Assembly (NCBI GenBank): GCA_964016885.1
Contig: OZ024745.1
Span: 104,656,001 to 104,720,000, forward strand
Direction of reading: 5' to 3'
Source of the DNA: Eledone cirrhosa
Lineage: Eukaryota
DNA length: 64,000 nt
The translations under genes and the position numbers were made by a program. Shown here piece after piece: positions 37,371 through 49,722 of the stretch (the first letter of the stretch is position 1; each line of letters begins with the position of its first letter). The notes beneath the pieces are model-generated. The model was given only the letters and a program-made list of their open reading frames with translations, was not told where the DNA came from and did no database searches.

Positions 37371-39149
37371 ATTCAGTATAGAAAAATTATGTTGATCTGA
37401 TTTATCAAGGAGGCTGGGCTGTTTTCTTCTTTTTTTTTTTATTATCACACAGTCTACTCGTAATATTTAGCCAGTTGATATCATAATTATTTCTCTAAAA
37501 CATGATTTCCTAAATCACATCACACACCAGAAGGAGAAACAAAATAATGAAATAACTAAGTAAAAACAAAATAAAATCTTTAAAAAAAAATGTTATGTTA
37601 TGCTCTAAAGAATCCTTTTGAATACTATTACACTATTTCTCAATGAAATATAATTAATAAAATTGTTTGGCGCCATCAGATTAAGTCTTATATTGATATT
37701 GATGGTCCTTTATGAACTTAATAGCTGAATAGTACCACTAGCTGAAAGAGATGGAAATTAGGGGAGGAGGGAATAAGTATCAAAGTAACAGAGAAAGGAA
37801 GGGGTCAGAAAAAAATGAAGGAGGAAGGGAGGAGGAGGAGGAGGAGGAGGAGAAGAAGAAGAAGAAGAAATGATAAATGAATCAATAAGTAAATGTATAA
37901 GATTGTACATTAGTGGTGTAAGAAAATTGAATTGTTTAAGGAAAAGATGATTCAAAGAAAGTAGTTGAGAAAGAAAGAGCGAAGGAAAGAGAGAGAGAAA
38001 GAGAGAGAGGGGGGGAGAGAGAGAGAGCAAGTGCACAATGTTTGCCATATTACAAAATATAACCACATAAACATAATGAAAAGTTTCTATAATGGATGAG
38101 AGATATATTGAGAAAAAATATATACAGCCAGCAGTGAAATAAATTCTTGTGTTGCTGTTTAGCCTCCAGTCAAGCCCGATCAAACAGCTTTATGATCAAA
38201 TGCATTCCAGCTGTGAACATCCTATCATTTTAGATATTAGAGTCTATATCATCGAATGTGTCCTTCCTTTTTTACATACTAGTTGGGTGTAAATTGAGGG
38301 GAATTTAGCTGTTATTACTAGTAGGTCGAGGTGGCAAACTGGTAGAGTTATTAAAATGTTGGATAGAATGCTTTGTGGTTTTCATTTTGGCTCTGCTCTG
38401 AGTTCAAATCCTGCTGAGATTAACTTTGCTTTCATCCATTTTAGGTCGATAAAAAAAGTACCAGTCAAGTTGATTCTTTCTCTATATCTTTCTCATTTCC
38501 ATCCTCTCACTCTCTATCTTTCTGTGGAAGGAATCTGCTGCATTCAGACCTGGAGATGGATGGGCTCTGCCAAGTTTAAAAATCCTCTAGAAATGCTGTA
38601 TGTTAACACAGCGCCCTTACGACTCCTTCAGGAGTTACAAGACCATGAACGCAGTAGTAGGTTGAGCAACCACAAAGAGACACCCCTGTTGGCTTTCAAG
38701 AGCTTGTTGTTTCTTATGTAGTATTTATCGATAACATTTTCTGTATACCCTAGGTGAAAATTATAATGGTTAATTTATTACATGAGGTGTTTTAGATAAG
38801 AAATTATAATCACCACAAATCATAAATGTCTGTATCATAGATTAGAGACTGAAATAGTTACTGGACAACGAAGCAAGAAGAGATTAGCAGTTTGTTTCAA
38901 GTTACCAAAACTGTGTTATATCTGTGACCAAGGTACTTACATTTTGGTTGCTGAGTTCACCTACCATGCAGATAGTGTCTCTGAGTTGTTAACCTCAGTG
39001 ATTTAACTATGCTTACTCTAGTATGTTTTTGTATATCTATCTATTTAGTGATGTTCTTATCACTACTTGGGCTACTATAGTTACGTTTATACTTCTTCAA
39101 GGAGGCCTAGTAAGACCAAAGCATACCAAGAGCTGAGTGCAGTATTTCA

Positions 39150-39890
39150 ACATCATTATCATCGTCACCGTTTAACGTCCATTTTTCCATGCAAAAAGCA
39201 CCCAGTACTCACTGTAAATATGGTTGGCGTTAGGAAGGTCTTCCAGCTGTAAAAACCAAGCCAAAATTGGTTCTGTATGAACAAGACATGGTCACCTGAC
39301 CTGGCATTTTTCACAACAGGATAACTCGTCTAATCCATGCCAGCGTGGAAAATGGACATTAAACAGTGATGATGATGATAATAATTGTTTCTATTTTTTT
39401 ACACAAGGCCAGCAATTATCCCAGTGAATTACTGGTGTTTTATTTTATCGTAAGGATGAAAGGCAAAGTTAAATTCGGTGGGATTTGAACTCAGACCATA
39501 AAGGGGCATAACTCTATGCTGCAAAGCATGGCGCCCAACCCTTAATAGACTAAGTTCAAAAACATTGATTATTATCCATACAATTAGTAAATACTCTTAA
39601 ACAAAGATGGGAAGATCATAGCTGCACTGCTTTTGGTAAAAGGTCTGCTCAGTCAGAGTTGATCTGGGGTTAAATAATAGTGTCCATCACTTCTGTTATA
39701 ATAATTGTTTCTACTTTAGGCACAAGGCCAGCAATTTACCCAGTGCATTACTGGTACTTTATTTTATTGACCCCGTAAGGATGAAAGGCCAAATCAACCT
39801 CGGCGGGATTTGAACTCAGATCGTAAAGGGACATAACTATGCTGGAAAGCATGGCGTCCGATCCTCTACTGATACTGCCAATCCACCGTT
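39150..39890. mobile_element. Cluster of family B fragments and two minus-strand family A SINEs (39381-39542, 39701-39890)
   Basis: Family motifs as described for the other copies. Confidence 0.75.
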
Positions 39891-41092
39891 ATAATAAAAT
39901 CCACTATGTGCAACCTACAAAACCTGGCACTAAAGATTTTACCCAAATCTCTTTTTCTCTGTTTCTAAATTAATTTTCTCCTGACTAAATAGATAAACAA
40001 ATAAATAAATAAATAAAAGAAATTTATCTCTTATTCAATTTATGCTACAGAAACATGAGATAATCAACAAACCTAGAGATCCTGTGGATCAAGAAAGATA
40101 TTAGCTATCTTGCTATTATTACAAATTATACATGACAAATTAATCCAGTAATTAAAAACAAGCAGATTAGTGCTTCAAATCAGTGAAAGTTTTCCAATAT
40201 TATCTTTTTGCTATGTTACTGCTGGTCTTGCTATTGAGCTCCTCCTGTCATCTAGATATGAGCCAATAATGGAGCCTCTATATAGTTTTTTTGACTTGCT
40301 AGAAATAGCAGCCAAATCTCACTCAAATTACATGCTGTTGACTTAAAATCAGAAAGGATACATTAGATTATGTAATTCTAGATGCTTCTAAAAGAATGAG
40401 TTGGTCACATGTGGCACACTTCTAATCATAGATCTTCTTGATCAGGGTTGACCTGGGGTTAAATAAAAACAACAGTGATAGAGATACACCAACAGTATAA
40501 CAGAATGAGATTAAAACATTAGTGTTAAAAACACCCAAACTGTTCCAGAAAAATTAAATACACACACATGTACATATGCATGTATACACCACACACACAC
40601 TCTCGCTCTCACACACACACACAGGCACAAACACACACACAGGAACACATGCATGAAGAGTTGCAATGTTAATAGCTGCGCTAAGCCTAAATTTTGTATT
40701 GGGTTACCATTCACTCTTAGAGATGGCAGCTACTGTTTGTAATGGCCAGTACTTGACACTTTAGTAAATGAAACATGACTATAGTAGAAGAGACTTGTCT
40801 AAGTTACTATGCAATGGGACTGAACCCATAACCACATAGTTCTGAAGGGAACTCCTTAGCCACATGGCCATGATATATATGTATCCTGGGTATGACATTG
40901 AACTGTATCCCGTAGCAAGGCTCCAGTTCAGGAGTTCAGGAGTTGTGGGGAATGTGGAGTTACCCCTTAGTTGCTATCGCTCCCAGGTCTGCTCTGGCCT
41001 GAAGTAGTAGTATCTGTTAGGGTCCCATTTATGGGTTAATTAATTACCTTACTTGAGTGGCGCCGGTAAGATATTATCAACCATTGAAAAGA

Positions 41093-41162
<70 letters not shown>

Positions 41163-41164
<2 letters not shown>

Positions 41165-42183
41165 GACCTGTTGGTACGTTGTCGGACCGCATGAACTTCG
41201 TTTTCATGTGGTTCATCTTGAGGCCTACTGCAGAGCTTTTGATGTCGAGCTCCATCAGCATGGACTGAAGCTGATCCGTGGTTTCAGCGATGAGTACGAT
41301 GTCATCAGTGCAATGGAGGTGCCCAAGTATCTCGCCATTGATGTTGACACCGCCTTGCCAGTCAATGCCTCTGATGATCTGCTCGAGACACGCGGTGAAA
41401 AGTTTTGGAGAGATCGTATCTCCTTGCTTCGTATCTCCCTTCTCAACCGGCACTCGTACGGGTGATGACAGCAGAGCTATGTTGGTGGTGCATCCGGAAC
41501 TCGCCTCCCTGAGCAGTTGAACGTATTGTGCCTCGACTCCTTGCCTCTGCAGCGAGTTCAGCACTGCGTTGATTGGTGGTTGGCAGTGATGAAATAGAGG
41601 AGGTGGAGGAATACGTCTACCTGGGACAAGAGGGAGATCTCGCGGAGAGTAAGGGCTGGATGGAAGGCATTCAACGGCATAAGGGATGTGCTCAAGGGGA
41701 GGTTGGACAAGACCACCCGCGCCAACCTCTTCAATAGCACAGTTTTACCTGCAATGTTATATGGCAATGAAACTTGGGCTACAACGAAGAGAGAAGAGCA
41801 GAGGCTGGTAACGGCTCAAAGAGCCATGGAGAGATCGATGCTAGGAATTTCGTTGAGAGAGCACATCAGGAGTGAAGTCATCAGACAGAAGTCCGGCGTG
41901 AGGGACGTCATCACGGAATATATGCACAGGAAGTTCAGATGGGCTGGATATGTCGCCCGGTTCACCGATAATCGGTGGACCCACGCAGTTGCCGAGTGGA
42001 ACCCGCGTGAGCAGAAACGACCACTCAGAAGGCCACCACGAGGGTGGAGTTACGATTTTAAGAATACGATTGGGAATACATGGATGAGGAAAGCATGATC
42101 CAGAGAGGAATGGACGGCATGCTGTGACCAGTGGCGCTGAATGGACATCTGACAGACTGGTCGGTCAAGGTGATCAAGGTGAT
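41163..42183. mobile_element. RTE-clade LINE with 5' inversion, in (TA)n
   Basis: Minus segment 41163-41570 (QGDTISPKLF, HCTDDIVL...VPTGR) continues as plus segment 41571-42183 (LVVGSDEIEEVEEYVYLGQ...FRWAGYVAR). Confidence 0.9.
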
Positions 42184-42279
42184 ATATATATATATATATA
42201 TATATATGACTGAATATGCACATTTTTCCATCTGCTTCTCATTCTTTATTTTTCTATTTATCTTCTATTTCTAACTCTA

Positions 42280-42315
42280 TCTTCTGATGACAGATTAGTG
42301 TCCAAAACATTAAGA
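42280..42315 (+). ncRNA. Decayed minimal hammerhead; paralogue at 58292-58326
   Basis: UCUU-CUGAUGA-CAGAUUAGUGUCC-AAAAC-AU-UA-AGA. The inferred consensus with the paralogue is CUGAUGA-AGGAC-UAAU-GUCC-GAAACGUUA-AGA. Confidence 0.5.
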
Positions 42316-42404
42316 CTTTTCCTGCTATTTCAAGCGTTAAACTAGTATATTTCTTCAATATACTGTGTTGTTTGCTTCGTTATTTCTGTTTACCATTTAC
42401 ATAT

Positions 42405-42552
42405 ATGGTTGGTATTAGGAAGCTGTAGAAATCCTGCCAGAAATAGTTCTATACAAGTGAGACACAGTCACCCTTACCAATCTTGCCTCAAGTGGGACAA
42501 ACCCATACAACCCATGCTAGCATGAAAGATAGACGTTAAACGATGATGATGA

Positions 42553-42553
<1 letters not shown>
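42405..42553 (+). mobile_element. RTE-tail SINE family B 3' part
   Basis: cccatgctagcatgaaagatagacgttaaac(gat)n. Confidence 0.75.
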
Positions 42554-42587
<34 letters not shown>

Positions 42588-42736
42588 GTGTGTGTGTATA
42601 TATATATATATAAATGTAAGTATGTATGTATACGTACATACATATATGTATACAGACGTACAGTATTATGTATATATATACATACATCCACACATATATA
42701 TATGTACGTATGGGTTTACCGAACATTTATTATAGG

Positions 42737-42795
42737 CAGGAAGGTATACGATGCTGACGATAGCTAATAAGCTTGAAACTAGTACATCGTTCCTG
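42737..42795 (+). ncRNA. Minimal type I hammerhead with extended stem I
   Basis: CAGGAA(GGUAUA)CGAUG-CUGACGA-UAGCU-AAUA-AGCUU-GAAAC-UA-GUA-CAUCG-UUCCUG. Stem III ACUAGU is palindromic. Confidence 0.85.
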
Positions 42796-43407
42796 TGTCA
42801 GTGTTGAACAAAAAGGCAACAATGGTTGCCTGAACACTGTACGGCGTAATTCGGGCTGTTTGTTTGTTTACAAACAAACTGAACATTATAATAAATGTTC
42901 GGTAAACCCATACATACATATATATATGTGTGCATGTATGTATATATATATATATACATACTACTGTACGTCTGTATACATATATGTATGTACGTATACA
43001 TACATACTTACATTTAAGTATCAGCCATACTAAGAGTGAGAAATGAAATTTTGTTTCATTTTTTCCATTTATATATATATATTATATATATATACACACA
43101 TATATGTGTTTGTGTGTGGGTGGGTGAAAGTTGTACTTCTATCGGTTCTGCTGATGAGTGTTATGGACTAGCCTCTTGTGAAATTAATGTACAAATGGTT
43201 GAGTATTCCACAAACCTGTGTATCCTTAACCCTTTAGTTACCAACTTGACCAAAACCAGCTCTATTTTTATGAAACAAAACCACCCATTTTAAAGGTTTC
43301 TTTAAATTAAAATCTTCCAACATAATTTTATATAAGAACCATACATTAAGTTACTATTTTCGTAATTAAATAATTAAGTAATTGTAGTAAATCCCTCAGA
43401 ACTGTTC

Positions 43408-43592
43408 TGGCAGTATCGGTAGAGGGTTGGACACTATGCTTTGACGCATTGAGTTACGGCCCTTGCCATTCTGAGTTCAAATCCCGCCGAGGTTAACTTT
43501 GCCTTTCATCCTTACGGGGTCGATAAAATAAAGTACCAGTAATGCACTGGGTAATTGCTGGCCTTGTGCTAAACGTAGAAACAATTAATTAA
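43408..43592 (+). mobile_element. SINE family A
   Basis: Near-identical to the 57449 copy. Confidence 0.9.
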
Positions 43593-43646
43593 TTATAATA
43601 GAGTGTATTTCATTAGAAATGCAGTCATGAAAGGGTAAAAGTAATT

Positions 43647-43837
43647 CTCAGGTAGATTCAGTGTGATGCAGTATGTGAAAAAGATGGTCTTTTGAATTAC
43701 AGGTACAACTTCTGTTTACCAGGTGAGTGGACTGGAGCAATGTGAAATAAAGTTTCTTGTTCAAGGATACAACTTGCCACCAGGAATGAAACCCGTGAAC
43801 ATGAACTGAACACCCTAAGCTCTTAGCCATGTGCCTT

Positions 43838-43838
<1 letters not shown>
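43647..43838 (-). mobile_element. tRNA-derived SINE with a CORE-like segment
   Basis: ggcacatggctaag...tccttgaacaagaaactttatttcacattgctccagtccactca matches 16780-16912. Confidence 0.7.
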
Positions 43839-43878
<40 letters not shown>

Positions 43879-44235
43879 AAATACACATAAACAGATACAT
43901 ACACACACACATACACTTACACATATATATGCATATATACACATACAGATAAACATAGATACACACACACACACATACACACACAAATATACACACATAT
44001 ATATATATGCATATATATATATATATATAAATATAAACATAGATACACACACATATAAACTTACCTCCAAATATGAAATACTTTTTTTCTATTTATTTAT
44101 TGTGTATCTGAAATGTTTTTAATCATGTGAGTTTCTCCTTGTCAGTTCTATGATAGTTTTGAAAAAAATTATTTTTTTCTACTTAACATTTTATTTATAT
44201 ATTTATTCACATAGTTATTGAATATGGAAAAAATA

Positions 44236-44284
<49 letters not shown>

Positions 44285-44407
44285 TGATTTCTAAAGAATG
44301 AAACAATTCTAGTCCTGTAGAATCTCATCTATATTAAAACTTGAATACTCTGCTATGTATTGAGTACCTTACTTACTGTGGTTACCTCCAATTCAACCCG
44401 GAATAAC

Positions 44408-44448
<41 letters not shown>

Positions 44449-44452
<4 letters not shown>

Positions 44453-44678
44453 GTATAATAAACAATACAATATAATTACCTCATTACCAGAGGTTTCCCG
44501 AATAAGACGAATACGAAAAAGGACGTTTTTTTCATATTCGTCTTATTCGGGAAACCTCTGGTAATGAGGTAATTATATTGTATTGTTTATTATACATTAA
44601 ATTTTGCTCTGGTACTTCCATAGAGCACTCTTCACTCCTATGACTTTTTCAATTTTCAACGGAAACTTCAATACTTAT
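44449..44678. mobile_element. Foldback element: 72-bp arms plus about 78-bp tail, between (TA)n runs
   Basis: Arms 44449-44520 and 44528-44599 with one mismatch. Carries GAAAC-CUCUG-GUA, a possible hammerhead 3' half. Confidence 0.9.
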
Positions 44679-44696
44679 ATATATATATATATATAT

Positions 44697-44901
44697 TGCT
44701 TAAACCATTTTGTTTGTTCACCCTAGCGTCCCCTTTATTTACGTGTCCCAACGACTTTTTTTAGCTGTTGTTCGCACCAACCTGAGCTATATGGCCTTTA
44801 AAGCGATGAAATGCCTAGGACGGTTGGAAGGTCACTGATGAAGGACTTACTTTTTCATATGTAACCCATTTGCAACGCCGCAGCTCCATTATTATCATAT
44901 T

Positions 44902-44905
<4 letters not shown>
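44697..44905 (+). mobile_element. (TA)n-flanked structured repeat, unassigned family
   Basis: Homologous to 46128-46350 and 16929-17025. Confidence 0.8.
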
Positions 44906-44943
<38 letters not shown>

Positions 44944-44944
<1 letters not shown>

Positions 44945-45347
44945 TTGTGTATAATGGTAGCTATGGTGCTTCCATAGGCGTTATGCCAAAATTAGCACTC
45001 AATATTCATACAGAGTAGAGTGTGGATAGTATAAAAAAACAAAAATTCAGTGATGCATCTGGACTCAGTTTATTGCATGTTACAATTGTTTCGCCAGCCG
45101 GTAGCTCGAGGCATGATCACTGTATGGATCTGGCTGATTCTACGGCTGCAGGTTCCTTTGGACACGGGTAGTTCGTTCGGAGCAAATTTTCTCCGAACGA
45201 ACTGCCCGTGTCCGAAGGAACCTGCCGCCGTAGAATCAGCCAGATCCATACAGTGATCATGTCTCGAGCTACCGGCTGGCGAAACAATTGTAACATGCAA
45301 TAAACTGAGTCCAGATGCATCACTGTTTTTTCGTTTTTTTATACTAT
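44944..45347. mobile_element. Foldback element: about 157-bp arms plus about 82-bp tail, between (TA)n runs
   Basis: Arms 45026-45182 and 45191-45347 with an 8-nt loop. Confidence 0.92.
45258..45297 (+). ncRNA. Hammerhead-like motif with shortened core (CUCGA); mirror copy at 45076-45115 on the minus strand
   Basis: CAUGU-CUCGA-GCUA-CCGGC-UGGC-GAAAC-AAUU-GUA-ACAUG. Confidence 0.65.
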
Positions 45348-45354
45348 ATATATA

Positions 45355-45960
45355 TGGTGGCTGCCAACTCGTTTTCGAGTACGGCCACTACTTTATATCC
45401 ATGTAGGAGAACCCCCACCGATGCGCTGAACGAGTGTGACTTTTTAGTCCAGCCAGCGACTTGAAAACTCTGTTACAAACACTACACTTGTGACAATTAT
45501 TGACACTTAGTGCTGGGCCCATGGTACCATGTGATGACAAGGGCAGAGAGATCTCCAGATATAAAGCAATGCCTGTGCTGTGAAGCTTTTATAGTGAGCA
45601 AAGGCACTGCACAAAGCCAGTCCCACTCTCTTAACCAAGATGATATTTACCAAAAAGAAGAACAAGTCAACATCATTGGATACCATCTGGGTTGCAGGTG
45701 TTATATCAGAGTTTTCCTTCTCCTAGAATTCTGCCTTGACAAAGGCTAAGGGGTCATCTCTCCCGGTGATTTTGGATGGCCATTGACTCTTAAGAGCTCC
45801 TTTGCCCTTTGACAGGTTTTGTTTTTAGTCCTGCAGGATGTCCAAAGTCACCCTCCTCACCAAGAAATCTTGGTGGGGTTGCCAGTTTAGTCGCCAACGA
45901 CCCGACCATGAGACGGGTTGTACTGGGATACATGTTACCAGTAGCACCAACTGGTGACCT
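45355..45960 (-). mobile_element. Non-coding retroposon with an RTE 5'UTR-like segment
   Basis: Homologous to 1990-2310. Contains ggtcgggtcgttggcgactaaactggcaacccca. Confidence 0.55.
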
Positions 45961-46023
45961 GACATATATATATATATACATATACATACATACATGTATA
46001 TATATGTATATATATAGATAGAT

Positions 46024-46123
<100 letters not shown>

Positions 46124-46127
46124 ATAT

Positions 46128-46350
46128 TTGCTTTTATCCTTCTATGTTGTTTACTTGTCCCCCTCGCCTTACGCGAATTCTGGTCCCAATAACTTTTTTT
46201 AGTTATTGCTAGCACCAACCTGAGGTATCTGATTTTTAATGCGATGAAATACCAATGATGGTTGGAAAATCACTGACGAAGGACTATTCTTATCATATGT
46301 AACCCATGTGCAAACCACGCAGTATTCTTCTTTCTTCTCATGTTTTTTTT
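46128..46350 (+). mobile_element. (TA)n-flanked structured repeat, unassigned family
   Basis: Homologous to 44697-44905. Confidence 0.8.
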
Positions 46351-46999
46351 ATATATATATATACATATGTGTGTGTGTGTGTGAGTGTTGGATAGGAAAA
46401 AAATTTTAAGTCAAGAAAAAATTTGAAACAGCCTGAGAATTGGTAAACAAACAAAAATAAATAAGAAAATGAAACAAAAAAGAAATTCTTCGGATCAAAA
46501 TTATTTGAATATATAGATCAATGTTGTGGATATGAAATGAACCTCTATTGATCATTTTTGTTCAGCTTCCTATCATATGTTCCAATTATTCTTTAAAGCC
46601 TGAAGTAACTATTCTGGAAACTATCCAATATTTCAAACTTGAAACTATAACATTTGCCAGCAGATAAGAAAAGCAAACCCTGAAGAAACCAAAATCGACC
46701 AAAATAGAACAAAGGTTAACCAATTCTTAGAAGAAGGGTGTAATAAATAATTTCCACTTTATGCAAATAATTCAGAAGACCTTATTTTCTAAATAAGTTA
46801 TATGAATAAGTAAAAACAGTTAAAGGTTTTATAAGTATGTTTCAGTGTTTGTTCTCTTTCTTTCCTTTTACTGAAACTGCTACTACTACTACTACTACTA
46901 CTACTAGCACCATCACCACCACCACTACAACAACAACCATCATCATCATTATCATTGTTTTAAGTTTATTGTTCTTGCAATTTTGTATCTACTTTTGAG

Positions 47000-47830
47000 G
47001 TTCCAGTCATGTTGATTTAGATGGGAGCTTAGTCGGAAAATGAAGGGTAGCACATAATACTTTACTGGGTCTCCTCTAAAGCTAGTCTGGAAAGAGATGA
47101 AGACTTCAGGATGCATGGATTTCTTGCACTAGAAGATAGCATAGCAACATATCAATTTATTTTCAAACCAGAGGCTTCGTTTGAATGCTTGAAACAAAGT
47201 TAACATCCTTTAAAGGCAGCCAACAGTCAGATGCTGGCATTAACATCTTTAGTGTCACAGATGAGATAACTCGTCCTAACATGTATGCATTCCAGTGACA
47301 TGGACGAGATAACTCGTTCTAACATGTTTGAATTCTTTCCCAAGAGTTCATAACTTCATTGTTATGAACTCGTTTCCAACAGATCTTTATCACACATTCC
47401 TTTAGCACAACAAAACTAGAAATGCTTAAAAGTCCACTTGTCACTCAAGGGTGTTTTAGGCATTTAAGTAATTGAGGTATGACACCCATGAGCTGTTTAA
47501 ATGATAGCAGATTTATTGAATAGAGGTAGCTAGATGAGGTTAATAACTGGTAGGCTTAACACATTGCCCAGTTCAACCATCACTTAATCTGAGAGAGCTT
47601 TCAAAGTCAAGGACACTACCCATCTTTTTCTAACTAATTTATCCAAAAACAAAAGACTCCTAACCACAGGAGCCATAGGAATATTTTACATCAGCTACAC
47701 TTTGGTTATTGGCTGCAGAGTCTAAAAATAGATCTTGTATACAAATGAATATTAGATTTCCAAAAGCTCTAAAGAACAGAAGATTATAGTTGGGTGACAT
47801 ATATAATGAACATCCTCCAGTAGACAGAAT
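47000..47830 (-). mobile_element. Very decayed LINE RT fragment, possibly CR1/L2/Jockey-like
   Basis: Faint RT-like words on the minus strand (VSLDFE, GVIPQ). Confidence 0.3.
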
Positions 47831-49131
47831 TGATAAAATTGAAAAAAAAAAAAATAATAATAATAACTGCACAAAGATGAGATTTTTTTTTTTTTAAAGA
47901 AGCATAATTTTTAAAGAAGAAAAAGTAAACAGAAAATCATGAATATATTCTAAAGAATTAAGAATTAGGCAAACGAATATCATGAAAAATGAATGCAAAA
48001 TAGGAACAGCTGAACATTTGTAGTACCTCAAACTTGCAACATATTATAATGAGATACTCAGGAATTGAAATAAATAAAAAAAGGGTGGGGAAAATTTCAT
48101 CAAAAAATCTAAGCTTAGGAAAATCCCTTTTAGTTTGGGAAATAATCATTTTATGTCATATAAAAAAAATGTCTCCTTATATTTGTTGGAAACAAATTTT
48201 CAGATTATAATTTCTTTCCTCAAGAAAGCAATTTAAAAAAGTGTTTATTTAATTTTTCATAACGTTGTTTATAAGTTAGTAAGAATTTTTTTTTATATAT
48301 AATAATCTTTTCTATAAGCAATTTTGGATTTTTAGTTTCCTTCTGATTCCACAAAAAATGTTTCCACCTCTCCAAAATGCTCAAATTACTTAGAGAATAC
48401 TGTTTATTTTATAACTTCTACTAGGATGGTAGATTGGCAGAATTGTTAGAGCATTGGACAAAATGCTTTGTGGCATTTAATCCACATCTTTCTGTGTTCA
48501 AATCCAGCCACAGTCAGCTTTGCCTTTTAGCCTTCCAAGATTATAAAGTACCAATTCAATATTGGGGTTGGTTTAATCAATTTTCCCTCCCTCAAAATTA
48601 CCAGCCTTGTATAACTTCTAGTATTGGCAATTTTCTGACTTTACTGTTTGTATTTATTTCCCTGTTATAGTAATTATTTTTTCCAGCCTGTGGCATTTGA
48701 GACGTTTAGTGATATTGGGCTGTTGACCGTGAAGTTCTAGTCATTGCTGACGGCTCACCTTACTGTCAGGTGATGCCCATTAGGGTGCCTGATTGTTTCA
48801 GCGCCTGAGCCTCACCATCATCCATGGCAATACTGCAAGTGTATTGGGTTGCTTCAAAGTGTTTAGTTAGCCCTTATGATGTGATGTGCAGCCGATTGTT
48901 GTACTTGGTGGTGAATTGTTGGTCGTTTTTGTTTTTCCTTCCCCAACTTTTGTTTTTCTTCTTTTCTTTTCTCTATTTTATGCATTTATATTTGTGTATA
49001 TCACCGACATTATATCTGTAATGTTCTTCTGAACAAATTGTGAGCAATTTTTAATGTTATTTACGCACATTTGTAATGTTATTTATATATATATTTAAAA
49101 CATATTTGTAATGTTATTTATACAACTGTGA

Positions 49132-49162
<31 letters not shown>

Positions 49163-49280
49163 GGGATACTATTTATGGTTATGTATATATTAAAATTTTT
49201 TATAGTTATGTATATTTTAAACCCTAAACAGTGAAGGTCAGTAATTTATTACTACCTTATTACCAGTAAGATAAGTAGCC

Positions 49281-49722
49281 GATCCATTTTTATTTGATGG
49301 ATCCGTTTTTTATTTGGGTGATCCATTTTTTATTTGATGTATCCGTTTTTTATTTGGATGGTCTATTTTTTATTTGATGGATTCATTTTTTGTGGGTCCA
49401 TTCTTTATTTGATAAATCCATTTTATATTAGATGGATCTATTTTTTATTTGGGTGATCCATTTTTTATTTGATTATCCCAAATAAAAATGGATCACCCAA
49501 ATAAAAAGTTGACCCCCCCCCCACGATAAAAAATGGATCGCCCAAATAAAAAATGGACCCTGCCCCCAATAAAAAAATGGACCTTCCCAAATAAAAAAAA
49601 CGGACACTCCCCACAATAGAAAAATGGATCACATAAGTAAAAAATGGACCCTGTCCCCAATAAAAAAAATGGACCTACCCAAATAAAAAAATGGACTCTC
49701 CCCAATAAAAAAAATGGACCCT
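49281..49722. repeat. Two inverted blocks of a 20-23-bp minisatellite, foldback-like
   Basis: (gatccattttttatttgatg)n from 49281 to 49473, then (cccaaataaaaaatggaYc)n from 49477 to 49722. Confidence 0.85.

Noticed and set aside
44800-44845. SECIS element or C/D-box snoRNA (AUGA...CUGAUGA)
   Set aside because: The intervening helix is weak and not conserved in the paralogue at 46240-46285.
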